In this document: positions 57,225-64,000 of the stretch, in pieces | Numbering within the stretch: position 1 is the first letter of the stretch | How the letters are laid out: every line of letters begins with the position of its first letter | Assembly: GCA_019118765.1 (NCBI GenBank) | Contig: DWYI01000049.1 | Location: 17,059-81,058, forward strand | DNA length: 64,000 bases | Direction: 5' to 3' | Source of the DNA: Candidatus Allofournierella merdavium | GTDB taxonomy: Bacteria; Bacillota; Clostridia; Oscillospirales; Ruminococcaceae | Position numbers and translations under genes: made by a program | Notes under the pieces: model-generated | The model's database searches: none | What the model was told of the DNA's origin: nothing | Seen by the model: the letters and a program-made list of their open reading frames with translations, nothing else

Positions 57225-58642
57225 GTCTCTTCCTCCTCTTTTTTGATCTCCTGGGATACATATTGCGCCGTCAGCAGGCCGCACTCGGCCTGGACGGTGA
57301 CAAGCTTGCGAATGGGGGGCACCTGATAGGTGATGTTCTCCTCCAGGTAGTCGCATTCCGCCTTCAGGTAGGCCTCACACCGGGCCAGTGTCTGTTCCAG
57401 CTGGGCCACCTGCTCATCGGTGAAGCCCCGCTCGTCCTTCCGGCCAAGTTCCTGTTCACAGGCCCGCAGCAGCAGGGTGGTGCCGGTGGCCTGGAAGAAC
57501 CGGGATACGAACAGGTTGTCAAACTTCTGGGCGTGGGTGGCGGGCTGCTCAAACTCCGGATTGGAGGAGGCCCACTGGATCTGCGCCTCCAGGTCGCCTT
57601 TGCCCAGCGCCATGCGCTCGTCAAAGGCGGTTTTGAAGTGGTTATCCGGCATATCCAGCAGCTTCAGCACCGGCTGGGACATGCGCACCAGATCCTCGTG
57701 GTGCTGGGCTTTGTAGCGGCAGTTGCGGATGACGCACTCCCGCCGGGTGGTGTCCGAGGGGCTCAGGTCGTCGATCTCCGCGGTGAAGAAGTAGGGCAGT
57801 TCACACACGAACACGAACACGTTCTTCCCGCCGTGGTTCTGGGCGTAGTCGCCGCTGGAGGTGCCGAAGGGGTGTCCCTCCACCGGGTCGCCCTTGGTGT
57901 AGGTCTCGGTATAGTCGTAGTCGTCCTTCACCGTGAGCATCTGGAACACCGCGGGGGCGTACTCCTTGGCGTAGGGGACTTCCGCCTCGCCCAGCTTCAT
58001 GGGAATGCCCATGCGCTTGACACAGGCGGCGTACTTCCCGTAGAGTTCCGGCGCGGGCCGGGAGAGGTACCAATATGCCCCGCCGAAGCCCAGGTTGTGC
58101 AGCGGATAGATAAAATCCGGCCGCAGCTGATCCATCAGTTTCATCAGCAGCTGCGTTTCCGGCAGGGGCGCGTCGAACTTCAGGCGCTTGTACTCCACCG
58201 GGAAGGTCCACTCCACCTGCTCCTTGAAGGCGGGGCGGTAATAGTGGCGCAGATAGTGGTGAATGGTGAACGGGCCGGCAAACCATCCCTCGTTCAGGGC
58301 GATGCCGTCGGGATCGCTCACCTTGATCAGGTACCAGGTGAAATCCATCTCCCGGCGCAGTTCCTCATTCTCCGCCAGTTCCCGGGCCAGAAAGTCCAGC
58401 GTCATGGCCCCGATGGGTTCATTGGGGTGGGGGCAGGCGAACATCAGCGCGTTGCGGCTGCCCGAGCCGATCTTCAAACACCGGATGATCCGTCCGTCCC
58501 GGGAGCGGCCCAACTCGGTCACTTGCACCACATCGGGATACTCCCTGGCCAGATCCAGTGTATTTTTATCCAATTCCGGAATGGTCAAAAATCGTGTACT
58601 ATCCGGCACACGATCCATGATCGCCTGTATATCGATTCCCAT
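57221..58642 (-). CDS. M14-family metallocarboxypeptidase-like protein, cytoplasmic (copy 1, first gene of the operon)
   Basis: CPHPNEPIG HxxE motif and no signal peptide. Same domain order as the 50307..51707 gene. Confidence 0.75.
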   Translation of the reverse strand: MGIDIQAIMDRVPDSTRFLTIPELDKNTLDLAREYPDVVQVTELGRSRDGRIIRCLKIGSGSRNALMFACPHPNEPIGAMTLDFLARELAENEELRREMDFTWYLIKVSDPDGIALNEGWFAGPFTIHHYLRHYYRPAFKEQVEWTFPVEYKRLKFDAPLPETQLLMKLMDQLRPDFIYPLHNLGFGGAYWYLSRPAPELYGKYAACVKRMGIPMKLGEAEVPYAKEYAPAVFQMLTVKDDYDYTETYTKGDPVEGHPFGTSSGDYAQNHGGKNVFVFVCELPYFFTAEIDDLSPSDTTRRECVIRNCRYKAQHHEDLVRMSQPVLKLLDMPDNHFKTAFDERMALGKGDLEAQIQWASSNPEFEQPATHAQKFDNLFVSRFFQATGTTLLLRACEQELGRKDERGFTDEQVAQLEQTLARCEAYLKAECDYLEENITYQVPPIRKLVTVQAECGLLTAQYVSQEIKKEEEET

Positions 58643-59314
58643 ATCCTCACCTTCACTCCCGCAAAATCCTCATTTGCGCCCCACGCGGGGCATTTTTGTA
58701 ATTTGGTTTATTATACTGCAATCACCGGCGGTTTTCTACATGAAATTGTACTCCCACTGTATAATTCTACAATATATCTAAAAATGGCTTTTTTAAATGT
58801 CGGTGAGGTTGTTTAAAGTGCTACCGCATTAATACATTAGCGTGATGAATTACCCGCTGCGCTTCCGCCGGAAAGCCCGGTTCAGGCATATGACAGCGTT
58901 CGAAACGGCAAGCCGACCGGAAGCCGGCCACGGAACCTTGCCAAGGCGGGGACCGTCCGGCGACGCGGCCACTTTGAGCCTGCGGCACATCGATTTGGGT
59001 GGCGGACCGGGAGACCGGTTGACGTTTCCCTGTAAGAAAAATATACTGGATACAAAAAGTGGAGCGGCCGCGCAGAAGATCCCGGACTATGCGCACCAGC
59101 CCTTTGCGGGCGCTGGAGCGGGGCCTGCCGCCGATCATGGGGCGGAGGCCCAAACATGGGAAAGACAGACCGGGAAAAGGGAGCGCGGACACGCATGCGC
59201 CGCGTCGGACTCACGCCTTTTGACCTGCCTGCACTGCGGGAGTAAAAAGGGACTCCGCCGTTTTCCCCCAAAGCGGCTTTCCGCCTGCCTTTCCCCGTCG
59301 GCGATGGGGCGCAC

Positions 59315-59344
59315 TTGACACGGCACGACGAGGGTCCGTATACT
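59315..59344 (+). promoter_or_regulatory. sigma-70-type promoter upstream of the two-component system
   Basis: TTGACA (59315-59320), 18-nt spacer, TATACT (59339-59344). Lies about 120 nt upstream of the response-regulator start. Confidence 0.5.
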
Positions 59345-59463
59345 GACAGATGAACGAAGGCTCGCCGGCGCCCACCGGGCGGGAGAGGGAAAAGCCGCGG
59401 TGGGCAGCGGCCGGCGCGCCGCACAGGCAAGGGGCCTTTGCCCTGTTTTTGGGGAGTGTGGGA

Positions 59464-60147
59464 ATGGAAAAGATCTTTCTCATGGAGGACGACGCCGCGC
59501 TGTGCCGGGGCATCTGCATGGCCCTGGGCACAGAAGAGCGGACGGTGGTGCCGGCGGGCAGCCTGACCGGGGCGCGGCAGGCGCTGGCGGGCGCCCGGTT
59601 CGACCTGCTCATACTGGACATCAACCTCCCGGACGGCAGCGGCGTGGAGCTGCTGCGCGCTTTGCGCGCCGAAGGGGACGGCACGCCCGCCATCCTGCTC
59701 ACCGCCAATGACCTGGAACTGGACGAGGTGACCGGCCTGGAGGCGGGGGCGGACGACTACATCACCAAGCCCTTCTCGCTGGCGGTGCTGCGGGCCAGGG
59801 TGAACGCCCAGCTGCGCCGCGCGGGCCGCCGGGCCGTCCCCCGGCTGGCGCTGGGGCCCTTCCTCTTTGATTTTGACCGGATGGAATTCTTCCGGGACGG
59901 CGCGGCGGTGGAGCTTTCCAAAACCGAGCAGAAGCTGCTGCGGGTGCTGGTGGAGAACCGGGGGCATGCCGTGCCCCGGTCCACTCTGGTGGACCGGGTG
60001 TGGACGGACGGGGCGGCCTTCGTGGAGGAAAACGCCCTCTCGGTGACGGTGAAGCGGCTGCGGGGCAAGCTGGAGAGAGACCCCGCGAAACCGGAATATC
60101 TGAAAACGGTGTACGGCATCGGCTACACCTGGGCGGTGGGACCATGA
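59464..60147 (+). CDS. OmpR/PhoB-family response regulator
   Basis: Track ORF trimmed to MEKIFLMEDD. Receiver motifs DLLILDINLPDGSG and TANDLE..GADDYITKPF. Winged-helix C-terminus ending TVYGIGY. Confidence 0.92.
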   Translation: MEKIFLMEDDAALCRGICMALGTEERTVVPAGSLTGARQALAGARFDLLILDINLPDGSGVELLRALRAEGDGTPAILLTANDLELDEVTGLEAGADDYITKPFSLAVLRARVNAQLRRAGRRAVPRLALGPFLFDFDRMEFFRDGAAVELSKTEQKLLRVLVENRGHAVPRSTLVDRVWTDGAAFVEENALSVTVKRLRGKLERDPAKPEYLKTVYGIGYTWAVGP

Positions 60148-61043
60148 CCGGCTGGCTGATCGCGGGGGCCGCGGTGCTGGCGGCGCTGGCCGTGGTGCTG
60201 CTGGACCGCCGCAGGACCCTCGGCACCATCAAACGGCTGGACGAGATGCTAAAGGCGGCCATCGACGGCCATTTTTCGGAAGAGGACTTTGACGAGAGCC
60301 GCCTCTCCGCCCTGGAAAGCCGGCTGGCGAGGTATCTCGTCGCCAGCGCCCTCTCCGCCCGCCGGGTGGGGGAACAGAAAAACCAGATCAGCGCCCTGGT
60401 CTCGGACATCTCCCACCAGACCCGCACCCCGGTGGCAAACCTCCAGCTTTACGCCCAGCTGCTCACCGAGCAGCCCCTCACCCCCGAAGGCGCCGAGTGC
60501 GCCCGGGCCATCTGCGCCCAGGCGGGCAAACTCCAGAGCCTGATCGAAGCCCTGGTCAAGACCTCCCGGCTGGAAAACGGCATCCTGGCGGTGCATCCCC
60601 GGCCCTCCCACATCGGCCCGCTGGTGGCCCGCGCCGCGGCCCAGTACGCGCCCGTGGCGGCCCAAAAGGGGATCGGGTTGCGGGCGGGGCCGGTGGCGGG
60701 CACCGCCGTCTTCGACCCCAAGTGGACGGAGGAAGCCCTGTGCAACCTGCTGGACAATGCCGTGAAGTACACCCCCGCCGGCGGGACCGTGACGGTGGAG
60801 GTGAAGGAGTATGAGATGTTCGCCGCCATCCGGGTCGCCGACACGGGGCCCGGCATCCCGGAAGAGGAGCAGGCCAGAATTTTCGGGCGCTTTTACCGGG
60901 GCGCCGGCAACGACCAGACGCAGGGGGTGGGCATCGGCCTCTACCTCGCCCGGCAGATCGCCGAACAGCAGGGCGGCTATGTGAAGGTGGCGAGCGCGCC
61001 GGGAAAGGGCAGCGCTTTTTCCCTGTTCCTTCCCCGGCCGTGA
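60144..61043 (+). CDS. sensor histidine kinase with one N-terminal TM helix and no extracytoplasmic domain
   Basis: ATGA overlap with the regulator gene. H-box SDISHQTRTPVANL, N-box LLDNAVKYTP, G-boxes DTGPGIP and GIGLYLA. Confidence 0.9.
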   Translation: MTGWLIAGAAVLAALAVVLLDRRRTLGTIKRLDEMLKAAIDGHFSEEDFDESRLSALESRLARYLVASALSARRVGEQKNQISALVSDISHQTRTPVANLQLYAQLLTEQPLTPEGAECARAICAQAGKLQSLIEALVKTSRLENGILAVHPRPSHIGPLVARAAAQYAPVAAQKGIGLRAGPVAGTAVFDPKWTEEALCNLLDNAVKYTPAGGTVTVEVKEYEMFAAIRVADTGPGIPEEEQARIFGRFYRGAGNDQTQGVGIGLYLARQIAEQQGGYVKVASAPGKGSAFSLFLPRP

Positions 61044-61101
61044 GGGGGAGTTGTGTCAAAGCTGTCACATTCCGGAAAGGGCCAGGAAAGATTTTTGTGA
61101 T

Positions 61102-61140
61102 AGAGTCTGTATTGTCCAAAGACAGTACAGACTCTTTTTG
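61102..61140 (+). terminator. hairpin plus T-tract between the kinase gene and the ABC ATPase gene
   Basis: agagtctgtattgtc / caaa / gacagtacagactct (15 bp, one G-U pair) followed by ttttg. It ends 17 nt before the ATPase start. Confidence 0.6.
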
Positions 61141-61156
61141 ACGGGAGGCAGGGAAA

Positions 61157-61825
61157 ATGGCGATTCTTGAGACGAAGGATCTGCGAAAATACTACGGCAG
61201 CGGCGACACCCAGGTGCGGGCGCTGGACGGGGTGGACCTGGCGGTGGAACAGGGGGAGTTTGTGGCCATCGTGGGCACCTCCGGCTCCGGCAAATCCACC
61301 CTGCTGCACATGCTGGGCGGGCTGGACCGGCCCACTTCCGGCACTGTCCTGGTGGACGGCCGGGACATCTTCCGCCTGAAGGACGAGGCCCTCACCATCT
61401 TCCGCCGCCGCAAGATCGGCTTTGTGTTCCAGGCCTACAATCTGGTGCCGGTGCTCAGCGTGTGGGAGAACATCATCCTGCCGGTGCAGCTGGACGGCAA
61501 CCGGGTGGACACGGAGTACACCCGCGCGGTGATCGCCGCGCTGGGCCTGGAAAAGAAGCTGCGCAGCCTTCCCGGCCAGCTCTCCGGCGGCCAGCAGCAG
61601 CGGGTTGCCATCGCCCGGGCGCTGGCGGCAAAGCCCGCCATCCTGCTGGCCGACGAGCCCACCGGCAATCTGGACAGCAAGACCAGCCAGGACGTGCTGG
61701 GCCTGATGAAGGTGACGGGGCAGCGGTTCGGTCAGACCATGGTGATGATCACCCACAACGAGGAGATCGCCCAGATGGCGGACCGCATCGTCCGCATCGA
61801 GGACGGGCGGATCGTCCGGCGGTGA
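61157..61825 (+). CDS. ABC transporter ATPase (MacB/FtsE/BceA-like)
   Basis: Walker [10 protein letters not shown], signature LSGGQQQR, Walker [12 protein letters not shown]. Confidence 0.92.
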   Translation: MAILETKDLRKYYGSGDTQVRALDGVDLAVEQGEFVAIVGTSGSGKSTLLHMLGGLDRPTSGTVLVDGRDIFRLKDEALTIFRRRKIGFVFQAYNLVPVLSVWENIILPVQLDGNRVDTEYTRAVIAALGLEKKLRSLPGQLSGGQQQRVAIARALAAKPAILLADEPTGNLDSKTSQDVLGLMKVTGQRFGQTMVMITHNEEIAQMADRIVRIEDGRIVRR

Positions 61826-61838
61826 GGAGGGCGCGGCC

Positions 61839-64000
61839 ATGAACGTATCCAATCACAGCTGCATCCGCCGGCTGAGCCTGCGGGCGCTTCGCGCCAGCCG
61901 CACCCGGAACCTGGTGGCGGTGCTGGCCATTGCCCTGACGGCCATCCTGTTCACCTCCCTGTTCACCATCGCCCTGTCCATCAACGAGGGCATCCAGCAG
62001 AACAACTTCCGCCAGGCCGGGGGCTGCAGCCACGGCACCTTCAAATACCTCACCCGGGCGCAGTGCGACGCTCTGAAAGACGACCCCCTCATCCGGGCCT
62101 ATGGCGTGCGCCGCTTTCTGGGGATGCCCACCGAGGCGCCCTTCAACAAAGACCATGTGGAGATCGGCTATTCCGACGAAAACCAGGCCCACTGGGGTTT
62201 CTGCGACCCGGCGGAGGGCCGCCTGCCCCGGGAGGGCACCGACGAGGCCGCCACCGACACCCGCGTGCTGGAATTGCTGGGGGTGGAGCCGGCGACCGGC
62301 GCGCGGTTCACCGTCACCTTTGAGGTGGACGGTCAAACCACCACCCAGACCTTCACCCTCAGCGGCTGGTGGGAGTACGACGAGGCGGTGCCGGCGCACC
62401 ACCTCCTCATCCCCGAGAGCCGGCTGGACGCCGTGCTGGCCGAGACAGGGGTGACCCCGCCGGGCAGCGATGGCATGGTGGGAAGCTGGAACCTGGACGT
62501 GATGCTGAAAAACGGCGCCGGCTCCATCGCCGCCGACATGGACAGAATTCTCGCCAACCACGGCTATCAGTCTCAGACGGCGGGGGAGGACTACATCTCC
62601 ATCGGTGTCAACTGGGGCTATACCGGCGCTTTGCTGGCCGACAAGCTGGACGCCGCCACGGCGAGCCTCATTCTGGGCGTGCTGGGGCTGATCCTGCTCA
62701 CCGGCTACCTCATCATCTACAACGTGTTCCAGATCTCGGTGGCGGGGGACATCCGCTTCTACGGCCTGCTCAAAGCCATCGGCACCACGCCCCGGCAGCT
62801 GCGGCGCATCATCCGCATCCAGGCGCTGCTGCTCTCTCTGGCGGGCATCCCCCTGGGCCTGCTGGTGGGCTGGCTGCTGGGTGGGGTGCTCACCCCCGTC
62901 ATCACCGCGCGGCTCAACGGGGTGCGGGCGGTGGTGTCGGTCAGCCCCCTCCTGTTCGCCGGGGCGGCCCTCTTTGCCCTGGCCACGGTGCTCATCTCCT
63001 GCCGCCGCCCCGGCCGCCTGGCGGGCAAGGTGTCCCCGGTGGAGGCGGTGCGGTACACCGAGGCGCAGCCGGCCGGGCGCCGGGCAAAGCGAAACGGCAG
63101 AGGGGTGTCGCTGCTGTCTATGGCCTGGGCCAACCTGGGCCGCAGCCGGGGCAAGACCTTCCTCACGGTGCTGTCCCTGACCCTGGCAGTGGTGCTGCTG
63201 ACCCTCACCGTCACCTTCACCGGCGGCTTTGACATGGACAAGTATGTGTCCAACTTCACCGCCAGCGATTTCATCCTGGCCGACGCGGGCCAGTTCCAGA
63301 ACGGCGGGGACGCCTTTTACGACGGGATGGCGGTGCCGGAGACGGTCATCGACGCAGTGAACGCCCAGGGGGGGATCACCGGCGCCGGCCGCGTCTACGG
63401 CAAGACGGCCCCGGCGGAGGAGTTCGTCACCGAAGAATACTACCGCGCGGTCTGGGCCGACTGGAACACCCCGGAACAGCTGGACAGCATGATCGCCTTT
63501 ATGGAGCCCACGCCGGACGGCCTGCTGGCCGACCGGGTGCAGCTGTACGGCATGGAGCCCTTTGCCCTGGAGCAGCTGACGGTGCTGGAGGGGGATCTGG
63601 CCGGGCTGGATGACCCGGGCGAAAACCGCATCGCCGCCGTGTACGGCGTGGACGAGTACGGTGATCTGGAGCCGGGCAGCCACTGGGCCAGACTGAGAGA
63701 CACCGTGACCCTCCGCTATGTGGAGGAATACGAATACTTCGACCCTGACACCGGCGAGGTGTACGGGCCCCGGGAGAATGTGCCCGAGGGGGCGAACTTT
63801 GCCCAGCGGGCGGTGAAATACCGGGACGTGGACTACACCGTGGCCGCCCTGGTGGCGGTGCCCAACGCCCTGAGTTACCGCTACTACGGCGCCGACGAGT
63901 TCGTTCTGGGGGCAAATACCTTTATCCGGGACACGGGCACCGACTGCGTGATGTATTACGCCTTCAACACCACCGACGAGGCCAACGCCGCGATGGAGGC
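61839..64000 (+). CDS. FtsX-family ABC permease, large duplicated type (BceB-like); 3' end outside window
   Basis: ATG 61839 behind gaggagg, and the frame is open to the window end. RTRNLVAVLAIALTAILF N-terminal helix. First FtsX module LKAIGTTPRQLRRIIRIQALLL. A long hydrophilic segment follows the fourth to fifth helix. Confidence 0.85.
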   Translation, partial: MNVSNHSCIRRLSLRALRASRTRNLVAVLAIALTAILFTSLFTIALSINEGIQQNNFRQAGGCSHGTFKYLTRAQCDALKDDPLIRAYGVRRFLGMPTEAPFNKDHVEIGYSDENQAHWGFCDPAEGRLPREGTDEAATDTRVLELLGVEPATGARFTVTFEVDGQTTTQTFTLSGWWEYDEAVPAHHLLIPESRLDAVLAETGVTPPGSDGMVGSWNLDVMLKNGAGSIAADMDRILANHGYQSQTAGEDYISIGVNWGYTGALLADKLDAATASLILGVLGLILLTGYLIIYNVFQISVAGDIRFYGLLKAIGTTPRQLRRIIRIQALLLSLAGIPLGLLVGWLLGGVLTPVITARLNGVRAVVSVSPLLFAGAALFALATVLISCRRPGRLAGKVSPVEAVRYTEAQPAGRRAKRNGRGVSLLSMAWANLGRSRGKTFLTVLSLTLAVVLLTLTVTFTGGFDMDKYVSNFTASDFILADAGQFQNGGDAFYDGMAVPETVIDAVNAQGGITGAGRVYGKTAPAEEFVTEEYYRAVWADWNTPEQLDSMIAFMEPTPDGLLADRVQLYGMEPFALEQLTVLEGDLAGLDDPGENRIAAVYGVDEYGDLEPGSHWARLRDTVTLRYVEEYEYFDPDTGEVYGPRENVPEGANFAQRAVKYRDVDYTVAALVAVPNALSYRYYGADEFVLGANTFIRDTGTDCVMYYAFNTTDEANAAME

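Noticed and set aside
58842-59967. Track ORFs 58842..59318 (+) and 58882..59967 (-) in and around the spacer upstream of the response regulator
   Set aside because: Arg/Pro/Gly-rich translations with no RBS, mutually overlapping. The minus-strand ORF runs antisense through the well-supported response-regulator gene.

Overview
64-kb chromosomal segment from a GC-rich, Clostridia-like genome; the taxon is inferred from gene content and composition, not proven. Two parts.

(1) 1.6-28.4 kb is a single same-strand locus of 22 genes for a cell-surface glycan made by the ABC-transporter-dependent route. It encodes:
- a WbaP/WcaJ-type initiating phosphotransferase;
- four homologous GT4 modules, one of them fused to a GT2 domain;
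- GDP-mannose genes (manC, gmd) feeding three alternative 4-keto reductases: two tandem Rmd/Tld-like enzymes plus Fcl;
- Wzm, and a Wzt with an extra C-terminal domain;
- an FkbM-like methyltransferase;
- a SAM-methyltransferase fused to a coiled coil built from near-identical 63-bp (21-aa) tandem repeats. This is the most interesting object in the window, a WbdD-like capping enzyme and chain-length ruler candidate;
- a large polytopic membrane protein;
- an AT-richer 3' module: rfbF, rfbG, a GtrB-like polyprenyl-phosphate GT2, a Glf-like mutase, an RmlC-like epimerase and an SDR reductase.

The locus ends at a truncated, frameshifted IS256-family transposase remnant.

(2) 29.5-64 kb is GC-rich housekeeping and accessory DNA:
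- a CofE-like protein, a MATE exporter, a DUF4317-like protein and a LysR regulator;
- MarR plus a heterodimeric ABC exporter;
- a YhgE/Pip membrane protein with a TetR regulator;
- a tightly coupled hypB / large Fe-S flavoprotein / hypA / membrane-protein operon, with no hydrogenase gene in this window;
- GntR, a nitroreductase, rubredoxin and tRNA-Pro(GGG);
- an Opp/Dpp-type peptide importer bracketed by two paralogous cytoplasmic M14 peptidases;
- an OmpR-type two-component system with an FtsX-type ABC transporter (Bce-like), which runs off the window.

Most long alternate-frame and antisense ORFs in the track are GC-driven shadows.
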